Assembly (NCBI GenBank): GCA_036490295.1
Contig: DASXED010000126.1
Location: 1,718-65,717, forward strand
DNA from: Verrucomicrobiia bacterium
GTDB lineage: Bacteria > Verrucomicrobiota > Verrucomicrobiia > Limisphaerales > UBA11358
Direction: 5' to 3'
Length of the DNA stretch: 64,000 bases
A program made the position numbers and the translations under genes. The notes beneath the pieces are model-generated. The model was not told where the DNA came from. It worked only from the letters and a program-made list of their open reading frames with translations, and searched no databases. Shown here piece by piece: positions 9,272-17,935 of the stretch (positions within the stretch are counted from its first letter, which is position 1; the number at the start of each line of letters is the position of its first letter).

Positions 9272-10264
9272 TCAAGGCTCAAACTTCACGGCGGTCGGCA
9301 TTTCCTTTTGATTGGAAATCCGCTCGCCCGGCCAATGGCGCAATAGAAAATCATTCAGAAAATACGCCGCCGGGGCGAAGACGAAAGCGCCCACGACATC
9401 TATGAAATAGTGATAGCGCAAATAAAGGGTGGCGCAACACATGAGCGCAACATAGACGAGCGAAGGAATAAACGTTTTTTTCCGGTAATCACGCAGATAA
9501 AACGAGATCAGCAGCGGAATCCCGACGTGAAGCGACGGAAAACAATCGTAAGTGACGCGCCCGGCGCTTATGATATAGGCCACGCTCCGGCTGATCGCTT
9601 GTCCCTGCAAATCACGGGTGAATTGATCGGCAAAGAATTTTTCAGGGCCTGCGGCCGGAAAAAGTATGTAGCTGGCGATTCCCATCAGCATGAGTGTGAG
9701 ATAACCCATCATCAATCGCCGGAATGGTTTCATCTCCTTTTTCAGATAAAAATACAAGGCGACTCCCGGGAAAAAAAGCACATGGGAAAAATAAACAAGG
9801 TTTAGAAAGTCGGTGACCCATGAATATATCCATGGTTCCAGAAGAATGGACACCTGGTTTCCAAAAATGGCGGCGTCAATCTTTGACAGAAACGGATCCA
9901 CCACGCGGGGATTGACCCGTAAAATCAGGTTGCTATACAGGGAATAATAGCAGGCGCTCAACAGCAAAAACGGAAACCAATCATGGAAGATTTTCAGGAA
10001 GGGATGGAAAAAAGAGCCGAGATATTTTGCGAGTCCGGCGGTTTCTTCAGATTCCGGCTCCGATGCCAATAGAAGCTGCAAAAGGTTTTTCACGCCCAAG
10101 ATTCCAATGGGCAGCAGGATGAAACGAAAATCAAGCAGCATAAAACTAAATGACCGGAACAGGCGGGTGGTGCAGAAGAGGACCAGCAGCACGGTGGAAA
10201 CTCCGACGGCCATGACATCTTCCAGCCGGCAGCGCAGGATGAAGGAAAAACATTTTCGCATCAT
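9272..10264 (-). CDS. PAP2-superfamily integral membrane protein (lipid phosphatase / phosphotransferase-like)
   Basis: Polytopic membrane protein with PAP2-like motifs 'CFPSLHVG' and 'LRYHYFIDVVGA' near the C-terminus. Confidence 0.65.
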   Translation of the reverse strand: MMRKCFSFILRCRLEDVMAVGVSTVLLVLFCTTRLFRSFSFMLLDFRFILLPIGILGVKNLLQLLLASEPESEETAGLAKYLGSFFHPFLKIFHDWFPFLLLSACYYSLYSNLILRVNPRVVDPFLSKIDAAIFGNQVSILLEPWIYSWVTDFLNLVYFSHVLFFPGVALYFYLKKEMKPFRRLMMGYLTLMLMGIASYILFPAAGPEKFFADQFTRDLQGQAISRSVAYIISAGRVTYDCFPSLHVGIPLLISFYLRDYRKKTFIPSLVYVALMCCATLYLRYHYFIDVVGAFVFAPAAYFLNDFLLRHWPGERISNQKEMPTAVKFEP

Positions 10265-10351
10265 GCAGATTGGTCTGGCATTGTAATCCTGCCGCGCCGC
10301 AATCCGCCTTGCGAGAGCCGCGCTGTTTTATCCACAATCACCTTAAGCCGC

Positions 10352-10657
10352 TCATTCCTCGTCGAACTTCCGTTTGACGAGCGCCTCGATTTCGGTGATG
10401 GCGGCTTGCGCGTCCGCGCCGCTGGCGTGGATGGTCAGTTTGCTGCCCGGCCCGGCGGCGAGCATCATCAGTCCCATGATGCTTTTGCCGTTGATTTTTT
10501 CGCCGTCCTTTTCCACGAAGATGTCGCACGCAAAGCGGTTGGCGGTCTTCACAAACATGGCGGCGGGCCGGGCGTGGATGCCCAGTTTGTTCAAAACCGT
10601 CAGTTCCCTTGAAAAGGCACTGCCGTCGGTTTTTTTTGCGCTCATCGGTTTGTTCAT
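10352..10657 (-). CDS. ptsH: HPr-family phosphocarrier protein
   Basis: 'LNKLGIHARPAAMFV' (active-site His region) and 'INGKSIMGLMMLAAGPGS' (regulatory Ser region). The start may instead be the internal ATG at 10645. Confidence 0.9.
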   Translation of the reverse strand: MNKPMSAKKTDGSAFSRELTVLNKLGIHARPAAMFVKTANRFACDIFVEKDGEKINGKSIMGLMMLAAGPGSKLTIHASGADAQAAITEIEALVKRKFDEE

Positions 10658-10698
10658 GACAAGGCTAGATTATGTGAAGGCAAAGTGCCATTGAATTT

Positions 10699-11652
10699 TC
10701 ACGCCGGCGGCGGATTGCCCGGATTCATGTGGGCGATGAGCCGTTCGTTCAATTCCTGCGCCGCGTTGTGGCCGGACATTTTCAATTTCGTCTGATACGC
10801 CGCGACTTCAATCAACCGCGCTAGATCGCGTCCCGGACGCACGGGAATCGTGATGTGCGGGATGTTCACGCCGAGGATTTTCACAAATTCCTGCTCCATG
10901 CCGATGCGGTCCACGTCGGGAACTTCTTCCCACGGCTTGAGCGAGACGGCGAGGTCAATTTTTTTTTCATCGCGGACGCTTTTGATGCCGAACATCGCCG
11001 CGACGTTGATGATGCCGATGCCGCGAATCTCCATGTGGTTGCGCGTCAGATCCGAACTCCTGCCGATCACGTCGCGCCCGTCCATCAAAATCACGCGCGT
11101 CACGTCGTCGGAAACAAGGCTGTAACCGCGCTCGATCAGCGCAAGAACCGCCTCGCTTTTGCCGATGCCGCTGTCGCCGCGAATCAATGCGCCCACGCCC
11201 AGAATATCCACCGTGCTGCCGATTTCCGTGCCGCGCGGCGCGAACATCATCTCCAGTTCGAGCGTCGCGTTGTTGATGAATTTCATCGTCACCATCGGCG
11301 TTTGAAAAACCGGCACGTTCGCCTTTTCGGCGGCGGCGAGAAACTCCTTGTCCGGTTTCAAGCCTCGGCTGAAGACGGCGCAGGGAATTTTGTAGGCGAA
11401 CAAATAGGCGTAGCGCGTCTCGCGCTGCTTGGCCGAAAGCGACCGCAGGTAAAAATATTCCGCGTGGCCGAAAACCTGGATGCGCTTGTAGGCGAAATAC
11501 TGCGTGAACCCGCTCAACGCCAGGCCGGGGCGGTTGACTGTCGGCTCGCGGATGATGCGCTTGAAGCTGCCGTCGCCGCTGATGAGCCGCATTTGCAGCG
11601 CCTCGCCGTGCGCCTTGAAAAATTGTTCGACCGTGATGGACGATTGTTGCAT
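10699..11652 (-). CDS. hprK: HPr kinase/phosphorylase
   Basis: Walker A 'GDSGIGKSE', 'LVSDDVT' and 'HMEIRGIGIINV' motifs. It lies directly upstream of the HPr gene. Confidence 0.95.
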   Translation of the reverse strand: MQQSSITVEQFFKAHGEALQMRLISGDGSFKRIIREPTVNRPGLALSGFTQYFAYKRIQVFGHAEYFYLRSLSAKQRETRYAYLFAYKIPCAVFSRGLKPDKEFLAAAEKANVPVFQTPMVTMKFINNATLELEMMFAPRGTEIGSTVDILGVGALIRGDSGIGKSEAVLALIERGYSLVSDDVTRVILMDGRDVIGRSSDLTRNHMEIRGIGIINVAAMFGIKSVRDEKKIDLAVSLKPWEEVPDVDRIGMEQEFVKILGVNIPHITIPVRPGRDLARLIEVAAYQTKLKMSGHNAAQELNERLIAHMNPGNPPPA

Positions 11653-11723
11653 GACTCCAGATTAAAACTTCCCCCGCCAAAAGTAAGGGAAAAATGCAGC
11701 CCAAACCAGCGGTATTTTTTCCT

Positions 11724-11862
11724 GGGATTATGCACATGACAAACAATGAGACAAAACTGGTAGGGCGGGCAGTCCTCTGCCCGCCGAACGCGTGGATTTA
11801 CAACCGGCGGCGCGCACAGAGTGACGCGCCCTACCCAGATTGTTTGTCATGTGCATAATCCC
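11724..11862. mobile_element. MITE-like non-autonomous element (family 2) with TIRs and a target-site duplication
   Basis: Perfect 24-bp terminal inverted repeats GGGATTATGCACATGACAAACAAT (11724-11747) / reverse complement (11839-11862). Flanked by the direct repeat ATTTTTTCCT (11714-11723 and 11863-11872). The inner part carries a 'GTAGGGCGGGCAGTCCTCTGCCCGCC' / 'GGCGGCGCGCACAGAGTGACGCGCCCTAC' REP-like inverted pair. No ORF. Confidence 0.8.
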
Positions 11863-11946
11863 ATTTTTTCCTGAATAATTGTTGACAGAAATGTCGGTTT
11901 CAGATTATTTTCTTTCCATTCCAGTAATTTGCAACCCAATGAAACT

Positions 11947-13137
11947 ATGAAAAAAACTTTTTTAAGCGGGACAATGGCATTCAGCCTGTTGGTGCTTTCA
12001 GCGACGGTTTCCCATGCTCAATCCACTTGGAACGGCGGCGGCGGCACAGACGGCAATTTTGGCACCGCCGCAAACTGGAACACACCGCCAACATCCAGTG
12101 CAGCCAACACTTTGGATTTTGCCGGAAGCGTCGGTCTAAACGCGACCAATAACATTACGCTGAACAGTGCCGACCAAACAATCAATTTCAACGCTGGCGC
12201 GTCCTCTTTCACCATCTGGCCATCAACTACTGCTAGTGCTTTTTACATAAGACTTGGAGGCGTGGCCAACAATTCTTCAGTGATCCAAACCATCATGCCA
12301 TCAACGGAAATAAACGGGACGCGAACTATTAACGTCGGAACTGCGGGACTCATATTGGGAGCACCCATTGGTTCCACCTCCACCAGCGGTCGCACTGCAA
12401 CCATAACTGGCACTGGCAACTTGATCATTCTCGGCGGCACTACAGTTTCAGGCGGTTCCAGCTATAATGTCACACAGGGCGGGCTGGTCTTTTCCAATGC
12501 GACTGCAGCCACTTTGGGCACCGGTGCCAACGGCGTGAGCCTGACTGCCAGCGGAACGACGCTTCAGTTTGACAATTCTGGAACACTTTCGATGAGCAAT
12601 GCTATTACCACAGTTGCCGGTTCGAGCATAACGCTTAACAACAGCGCAAACGTCGCCGTCACCAATGGAATCACGCTTACCGGAGCCAGTCTTACGGGAA
12701 CGGGCCATTTGATCAGCGCCGTTTCATCTGTAGGCGGCAGCATTGCTCCCGGTAATTCTGGAATTGGCACGATTTTCGTCACAAGCCTTTCGCTGGATGC
12801 AGCCTCGACAACGACAATGGAAATCAACCGCGCAGGCGAGAGTTCAGATTTGATTTCAGCCAGTGGCGCATTGACTTATGGCGGCACTTTGGACGTTGAT
12901 AACATTGGTGCGGCGCTTGAAGCGGGTGATTCTTTCGATTTGTTTAGCGGGACAATCAGCGGCACCTTTGCTTCAACAAGCCTGCCTTCACTTTCGGCCG
13001 GTTTGTCGTGGGATACCAGCCAACTCAACAGCGCGGGCATTATTGACGTCACGGCAGTTCCCGAACCCGCAACACTCGCGCTTCTCGGAATTGGCGGGCT
13101 TATGGCCGGCTGGCAGATCCGCCGCCGCAAAGCGTGA
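11947..13137 (+). CDS. PEP-CTERM-anchored secreted protein with autotransporter-associated beta-strand-like repeats
   Basis: Signal peptide 'MKKTFLSGTMAFSLLVLSATVSHA', 'WNGGGGTDGNFGTAANWN' repeat motifs, and a C-terminal 'VPEPATLALLGIGGLMAGWQIRRRKA' PEP-CTERM sorting signal. Confidence 0.85.
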   Translation: MKKTFLSGTMAFSLLVLSATVSHAQSTWNGGGGTDGNFGTAANWNTPPTSSAANTLDFAGSVGLNATNNITLNSADQTINFNAGASSFTIWPSTTASAFYIRLGGVANNSSVIQTIMPSTEINGTRTINVGTAGLILGAPIGSTSTSGRTATITGTGNLIILGGTTVSGGSSYNVTQGGLVFSNATAATLGTGANGVSLTASGTTLQFDNSGTLSMSNAITTVAGSSITLNNSANVAVTNGITLTGASLTGTGHLISAVSSVGGSIAPGNSGIGTIFVTSLSLDAASTTTMEINRAGESSDLISASGALTYGGTLDVDNIGAALEAGDSFDLFSGTISGTFASTSLPSLSAGLSWDTSQLNSAGIIDVTAVPEPATLALLGIGGLMAGWQIRRRKA

Positions 13138-13153
13138 CAGACTTGAATTTTCC

Positions 13154-13189
13154 AAAATCCCGGAGCGTGAAAATGCTTCGGGATTTTTT
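13154..13189. terminator. Bidirectional intrinsic terminator between convergent genes
   Basis: Stem ATCCCGGAGC / GCTTCGGGAT (one G-A position) with an 8-nt loop. It is flanked by an A-run on the left and TTTTTT on the right. Confidence 0.6.
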
Positions 13190-13192
13190 GTT

Positions 13193-13942
13193 TCACATAT
13201 TAAATTCCGGCCCCAGATAAATCTCCCGCGCCTTCGGGTCATTTGCCAGAAATTCCGCCGAGCCTTCGACCAGCACCTGGCCTTTGTGGATGATGTAACC
13301 GCGGTCAATCAATTTCAAAGTCTCGCGCACATTATGATCTGTGATTAAAATTCCCAAGCCGCGTTCTTTGAGCCGCCGGACGATTTTCTGGACTTCATAA
13401 ACCGCAATCGGATCAATTCCGCTGAACGGCTCGTCCAGCAAAAGCAATTTCGGACTCGTCACCAGCGCGCGTGTGATTTCCAGCCGCCGTTTTTCGCCGC
13501 CGCTCAATTGATACGCCCTGCTTTTGGCGACCGGCGTCAAATCCAGTTCTTCCAGCAAATATTTCAGGCGAACGGCACGCTCGTCGCTGGAAAGTTTGCA
13601 CGTTTCCAAAATCGCCAGAATATTTTCCGCAACCGTCAGCTTGCGAAACACCGACGGCTCCTGCGTCAAATAACCGATGCCCAGCCGTGCGCGCTTGTGC
13701 ATCGGCAGCGTTGTGATTTTGCGGTCTTGAAATTTTACAAAACCTCCGTCCGGTTTCACGACGCCGACGACCATGTTGAACGTCGTCGTCTTGCCCGCGC
13801 CGTTCGGGCCGAGCAGCCCGACGATTTCGCCCGCGCCCACGCCCACCGAAACGCCGTTGACCACGCGCCGTCCGCCGTATTCCTTCGCCAAATTTTCCGT
13901 GGCGAGCAGCAGGCCGTTCGATTGTGACGCGGTCGTTTCCAT
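13193..13942 (-). CDS. lptB: LPS export ABC transporter ATP-binding protein
   Basis: Walker A 'GPNGAGKTT', signature 'LSGGEKRR', Walker B 'LLLLDEP'. It is followed by lptA/lptC-like genes. Confidence 0.95.
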   Translation of the reverse strand: METTASQSNGLLLATENLAKEYGGRRVVNGVSVGVGAGEIVGLLGPNGAGKTTTFNMVVGVVKPDGGFVKFQDRKITTLPMHKRARLGIGYLTQEPSVFRKLTVAENILAILETCKLSSDERAVRLKYLLEELDLTPVAKSRAYQLSGGEKRRLEITRALVTSPKLLLLDEPFSGIDPIAVYEVQKIVRRLKERGLGILITDHNVRETLKLIDRGYIIHKGQVLVEGSAEFLANDPKAREIYLGPEFNM

Positions 13943-13949
13943 TTGAAAA

Positions 13950-14492
13950 TTATTTTGCCGGCGGCGAATTTGTGCCCGCTTTCATGCTGTCCAGATTCTG
14001 CCGGAAAATCATTTTTTGGTTCATCGCGGACAGGCTGTTGTTCGCGCGGTTCCAGATGATCGGCTCGCCCGTGAGCCAGCCCTGCGCGTTTTCCACCTTC
14101 GCATTGCCCGTGAGCGTGACCGTCTCGTTCGTCGCGCCGTTTTGCACTTCATAAACATAAACGGCCTTGTCGCTGGTCGCGTGCATGGTCTGGCCTTTTG
14201 CATCCGTGAAATCAATGACCACGTTCGTTTCGGCGACAATGTGGTTCGGGTGGCCGGCGTCCGGCGGCAAGTCCACGACAAGCTGCGCGCAGGTCAGTTT
14301 CATCTGCGGATCGTCCACGCGCACGTTGCCGTGATAAACCGCCCGCCGCCCGGTCATGTCGAAATCCACGCTGGCGGATTGAATCCGCGTCGCCGGGCGC
14401 GGCGCAGAACTGGCCGCTGTATTTGCGTTCGTCTGCGCCCGGACAGCCGAGGCGCACAGCGCGGCAACCGCGATGAGATTGAAAACTTTCAT
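13950..14492 (-). CDS. lptA: LptA/OstA-like periplasmic LPS transport protein
   Basis: Signal peptide plus OstA-like beta-jellyroll sequence ('AVYHGNVRVDDPQMKLTCAQLVVDL', 'TLTGNAKVENAQGWLTGEPIIW'). Position between the lptC-like gene and lptB. Confidence 0.7.
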   Translation of the reverse strand: MKVFNLIAVAALCASAVRAQTNANTAASSAPRPATRIQSASVDFDMTGRRAVYHGNVRVDDPQMKLTCAQLVVDLPPDAGHPNHIVAETNVVIDFTDAKGQTMHATSDKAVYVYEVQNGATNETVTLTGNAKVENAQGWLTGEPIIWNRANNSLSAMNQKMIFRQNLDSMKAGTNSPPAK

Positions 14493-14956
14493 GGTGTTGT
14501 TTTCTTTTCCGTCATGGGCGCGTTTTCAATGATGGTTTGCACGTTGTTCGAGATGGTGAGAAATGCAGCGTCCCGCCGCCACAAAAAACCGTCGCCCTCA
14601 ACCCGGAATTTTCCGTCGCCCGACGCCAGTTGCAAATGCCCGGACGAACTCGCCGTGCCGTTCAGCGTGTCATAAACGCAGTCCGGCGCTTTCACGACCA
14701 CGTTCAACGTGCCGTTCGTGTCAAACATTTCGAGCTTGAGCTGCTTGATGACGAGCAATCCGCCCGCCAGCGGCTGCGCTTCCGCGCCCGCCAGCCGCGT
14801 TTTCATCTGCTTTTCATTCGGCGCGTCATAATACTCGACCGAGGTGAAATCGCTCGCGTGGCCCGCGCCGTTTGGCTGCGCGTGGATGGCGGCAAAAAAT
14901 CCCAACGCCATCAAAGCAGACAAAATTAAAATGGCGCGGTTCAATTTAATTTTCAT
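14489..14956 (-). CDS. LptC-like membrane-anchored protein
   Basis: N-terminal anchor 'MKIKLNRAILILSALMALGFFAA' followed by an OstA/LptC-like beta-rich region. ATGA overlap with the kdsC stop. The call rests mainly on gene order. Confidence 0.5.
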   Translation of the reverse strand: MKIKLNRAILILSALMALGFFAAIHAQPNGAGHASDFTSVEYYDAPNEKQMKTRLAGAEAQPLAGGLLVIKQLKLEMFDTNGTLNVVVKAPDCVYDTLNGTASSSGHLQLASGDGKFRVEGDGFLWRRDAAFLTISNNVQTIIENAPMTEKKTTP

Positions 14957-15495
14957 TCCGAATAATGTTCGACGAACGAATCCCATTTTCCCTGCGCGCG
15001 CAAAATCATTTCAACCACCTCGCGGATCGCGCTGTGGCCGCCTGCGGCGCGCGTCGTGAAATGCGCCGCCGCTTTTGCCTCGCTGACTCCGTTCGCAACG
15101 GCGACGGCGAGACCCGCGCGTTTCAACGGTCCTAAATCAACAACGTCGTCGCCGACAAAACAAACCTCGTTCCAGCTTAAATTTTCCTTTGCCAGAAGTT
15201 TTTCAATCGCGTCGGTTTTGCTCAAGCGGTCGCCTTGCTGGACGAGAAAATCAATTTTCAATTCCTTCGCGCGCATTTTGGTCGCGAGCGACGGACGCGC
15301 CGAAACCCAGCCAATTTTGATTCCTGAACGGCGCAATAAAACCAATCCAAGTCCGTCTTGAATGTTGAATTGTTTGAACTCGCGCTCGCCGCCGATGAAA
15401 ATTGAGCCGTCCGTCAAAACGCCGTCCACGTCGCAAAGAAATAATTTAATGCGCGCGGCGCGTTGTCGAATGGCGGCTGAAATTTTTGCAGGCAT
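14953..15495 (-). CDS. kdsC: 3-deoxy-D-manno-octulosonate 8-phosphate phosphatase (HAD family)
   Basis: 'LFLCDVDGVLTDG' HAD motif I and 'FVGDDVVDL' motif. Typical KdsC length. Confidence 0.85.
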   Translation of the reverse strand: MPAKISAAIRQRAARIKLFLCDVDGVLTDGSIFIGGEREFKQFNIQDGLGLVLLRRSGIKIGWVSARPSLATKMRAKELKIDFLVQQGDRLSKTDAIEKLLAKENLSWNEVCFVGDDVVDLGPLKRAGLAVAVANGVSEAKAAAHFTTRAAGGHSAIREVVEMILRAQGKWDSFVEHYSE

Positions 15496-15522
15496 CGGGG
15501 ATTCAAAGGTGAATAGTATAAA

Positions 15523-15720
15523 TCAAGCTTCAACAGGTGTTCCCATCCACTTGACAACCCGCAAATTGCTCTGTGGATACTTCTCACGAAGTTCTTTTAG
15601 GATAATCAACGCCCGTTCCTCGCCCGGTCTCATAATCGAGTGAAACATGACCCAGCCGACAGACGTCTCAATTTCTATTGTGAATTTCTCCATAATGTAT
15701 TGTGTCTCGTGGCTCAACAT
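15523..15720 (-). CDS. Hypothetical small protein (65 aa)
   Basis: ORF only, in a visibly more AT-rich segment wedged between kdsA and kdsC. No recognisable motif. Confidence 0.3.
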   Translation of the reverse strand: MLSHETQYIMEKFTIEIETSVGWVMFHSIMRPGEERALIILKELREKYPQSNLRVVKWMGTPVEA

Positions 15721-15762
15721 CTGATTGAACTACGCGATGTGAATTCTTTGGCGTTGATTTTT

Positions 15763-16578
15763 TCATTTCGCGGCTTCGTAAATTTTCAACAACGAGCGTA
15801 ACACCGTTGCCATTTCGGCCAGCGGAATCATGTTCGGCCCGTCGCTCAAGGCTTTGTCCGGCTGCGGATGCGTTTCGAGAAAAATTCCGTTCGCGCCCGC
15901 CGACAAGGCGCAGCGCGCAAGAACCGGCGCAAATTCGCGCTGGCCGCCCGATTTGTCGCCGCCACCGCCGGGCAATTGCACGGAATGAGTCGCGTCAAAA
16001 ACAATTGGAAAACCAAACGATTTCATAATCGGAATCGAGCGCATATCGGCGACGAGATTATTGTAGCCAAACGTCGTGCCGCGTTCGGTGAGCAAAATTC
16101 TTTTTGTGCCGCCGCGTTTCGCCTTTTCGGCGGCGTGACCCATTTCCGTCGGCGAAAGAAATTGTCCCTTTTTTAAGTTCACAATTTTTCCCGTCGCTCC
16201 GGCTGCGTGAATCAAATCCGTCTGTCGGCAAAGAAACGCGGGAATTTGCAGGATGTCCACGACTTCGCCCGCAGCGGCGGCTTGCACTTCATTGTGAACG
16301 TCCGTCAAAACCGGCAACTCAAATTCCGCGCGGACTTTGGCGAGAATTTTCAGGCCGTTTTCAATTCCAAGTCCGCGAAAGGATTTCGCGGAAGTGCGGT
16401 TGGCCTTGTCGAAGCTGGCCTTGAAGACGTAAAAAATGCCGAGCGACGCGCAGGTTTTTTTGAGCGAGGCGGCGACTTGCAGGCACAGCTTTTCACTTTC
16501 AATCACGCACGGCCCGGCGATCAAAAACAACCGGCGCGGCGAATTGAGGTTTTTCCAGATGGCGGCGGCGTTAAGCAC
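15763..16578 (-). CDS. kdsA: 2-dehydro-3-deoxyphosphooctonate aldolase (KDO8P synthase)
   Basis: Full-length KdsA-like sequence ('[10 protein letters not shown]', '[12 protein letters not shown]', '[10 protein letters not shown]'). Confidence 0.95.
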   Translation of the reverse strand: MLNAAAIWKNLNSPRRLFLIAGPCVIESEKLCLQVAASLKKTCASLGIFYVFKASFDKANRTSAKSFRGLGIENGLKILAKVRAEFELPVLTDVHNEVQAAAAGEVVDILQIPAFLCRQTDLIHAAGATGKIVNLKKGQFLSPTEMGHAAEKAKRGGTKRILLTERGTTFGYNNLVADMRSIPIMKSFGFPIVFDATHSVQLPGGGGDKSGGQREFAPVLARCALSAGANGIFLETHPQPDKALSDGPNMIPLAEMATVLRSLLKIYEAAK

Positions 16579-16686
16579 GCGGAATTTTTAGCAGGGAGTT
16601 TGCCCAAAGTAAATCCATGAAAGCCATTTGGCGAAAGGTGACAGTCTTTTTTAATTGTAGCGGCGGTCGAAGAACTTGCGGACGCG

Positions 16687-16899
16687 CTAGGACGTCAGCT
16701 CGTTCGAAGTTCTGATGGGCTGGAGCAATCTGGCTTGTTTGAGCAGGCGGCAGAAATCTTTTTTGCTGGTGACGTGCCTTGTGCCTTCCTTGCTGCCGGG
16801 GTTGGGCATGGATTTATATTCCACTTCGAGCCGTTCGAGGTGCACGATGCGGATGTATTCCTTGTCCTTTTTCCAGACCTGGCCTTGGCACAGTTTCAT
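16687..16899 (-). CDS. Hypothetical small protein (70 aa)
   Basis: ORF only: 'GQVWKKDKEYIRIVHLERLEVEYK...'. No recognisable family. Confidence 0.35.
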   Translation of the reverse strand: MKLCQGQVWKKDKEYIRIVHLERLEVEYKSMPNPGSKEGTRHVTSKKDFCRLLKQARLLQPIRTSNELTS

Positions 16900-16986
16900 G
16901 GGACGAATATACGAACCGGTGAAATTTTTGGAAGAAATCTGTCCCTCCTGATTTTTGCATCAGGAGAAACAGCAGGAAACGGACGG

Positions 16987-17112
16987 TTACTTTTTCTTGG
17001 CGGCGGCGGATTTGGCGGCGGCGGCTGCACTTTTCCTGGCGTTGTCGCCGCTGGTTTTGGATTGTTTCTGTGAGGATTTCTTCTGGTTGGATTTCGGGGA
17101 TTTATCGCCCAT
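16987..17112 (-). CDS. Putative 41-aa Lys/Ser/Ala-rich basic peptide (below the ORF-track length cutoff)
   Basis: My own translation gives MGDKSPKSNQKKSSQKQSKTSGDNARKSAAAAAKSAAAKKK*. ATG at 17112, TAA at 16987-16989. It is preceded by a three-segment alternative-hairpin motif. Confidence 0.35.
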   Translation of the reverse strand: MGDKSPKSNQKKSSQKQSKTSGDNARKSAAAAAKSAAAKKK

Positions 17113-17333
17113 AATTTTATTTTTCCGCAGGTTGACTTGCCTGCGGAATTTTAGTTTCTCCGCAGGAAACCCTGCATCATGCGCGCCGGACGGGTCATTG
17201 TAAATGGCGGACGCAAAATCATTTGGCGCGTGCGCGCAGCGTTTGCCTCCAAAAAATAGTTGCCGATAGTTGTGGCTATTCCGGCAAAGGGTGCGACAAT
17301 TGGAGCGTCTGTTGGATAGCTTGTTTCTTTCAA

Positions 17334-17436
17334 GGCATGGTAATCCTCAAGTGAACTTGTTTCAGTGATGATTTTAGACCCGGTTTTCGGGAACAGTCTG
17401 TGGAAAGCGCCGGTTTGTCGGACAGTAAAACATCAC
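17334..17436 (+). promoter_or_regulatory. Conserved 5' leader of RRM-protein gene, copy A
   Basis: About 100 nt upstream of the ATG aligns along its length with 19082-19186. Shared blocks are GGCATGGT, TCAAGTGAAC, TTCAGTGATGATTT, CGGGAACAGTCTG and GGACAGTAAA(A)CATCAC-ATG. Confidence 0.55.
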
Positions 17437-17757
17437 ATGAGCAATAAATTATTCGTAGGAAATCTTTCCTTCAATACAACCGAGAACAGCCTGAACGACG
17501 CGTTCGCCGCGTTCGGCACGGTCACGGAAACCAACCTGATGATGGACCGGGAAACCGGCCGTCCGCGCGGTTTCGGATTCATCACCATGAGTTCCGCCGA
17601 GGAAGCCCAGAAAGCCATCGAAGGCATGAACGGCAAGGACATGGACGGTCGCGCACTCACAGTCAACGTCGCCAAGCCGCGTGAAGAACGCGCGCCCGGC
17701 GGTGGCGGTGGAGGTCGTCGTGAATACGGCGGCGGTGGCGGCGGTCGCCGTTATTGA
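17437..17757 (+). CDS. RRM-type RNA-binding protein with a Gly/Arg-rich tail
   Basis: RNP2 'LFVGNLSF', RNP1 'RGFGFITM', C-terminal 'GGGGGGRREYGGGGGGRRY'. Start placed at MSNKLF. Confidence 0.9.
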   Translation: MSNKLFVGNLSFNTTENSLNDAFAAFGTVTETNLMMDRETGRPRGFGFITMSSAEEAQKAIEGMNGKDMDGRALTVNVAKPREERAPGGGGGGRREYGGGGGGRRY

Positions 17758-17776
17758 GCGCAAGTAAGTTTTCGCA

Positions 17777-17813
17777 GCGGGGCTTGGAGAAATCCAAGTC
17801 CTGCTTTTTTATT
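17777..17813 (+). terminator. Intrinsic terminator after RRM gene A
   Basis: Imperfect stem GCGGGGCTTGGA / TCCAAGTCCTGC with a GAAA loop, followed by TTTTTTATTTT. Confidence 0.6.
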
Positions 17814-17935
17814 TTCGAAAATGTTTTAGCTCTTGCGGATGTAAATATTTTTAGGAAAATTGAGTGATGGCCGAAGAAATAGTGTGGCCGATTGTCTCCT
17901 ATTGGAATTAGACAACACAGCTTCGGCTCAATACA

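Noticed and set aside
16640-16680. TGTAGCGGCGGTCGAAGAACTTGCGGACGCGC resembles one arm of the family-1 REP element (CGTAGCGGCGTCTCGGCAGAGCGCCGC).
   Set aside because: Only the GTAGCGGCG core matches and no inverted partner is nearby. The similarity is too weak to call a repeat copy.
17151-17333. A 60-aa minus-strand ORF between the small basic ORF and RRM gene A. A similar 70-aa ORF lies at 18942-19154, upstream of RRM gene B.
   Set aside because: Both overlap the conserved leader or promoter regions of the RRM genes, have no motif, and are not similar to each other at the protein level even though the DNA is partly paralogous.
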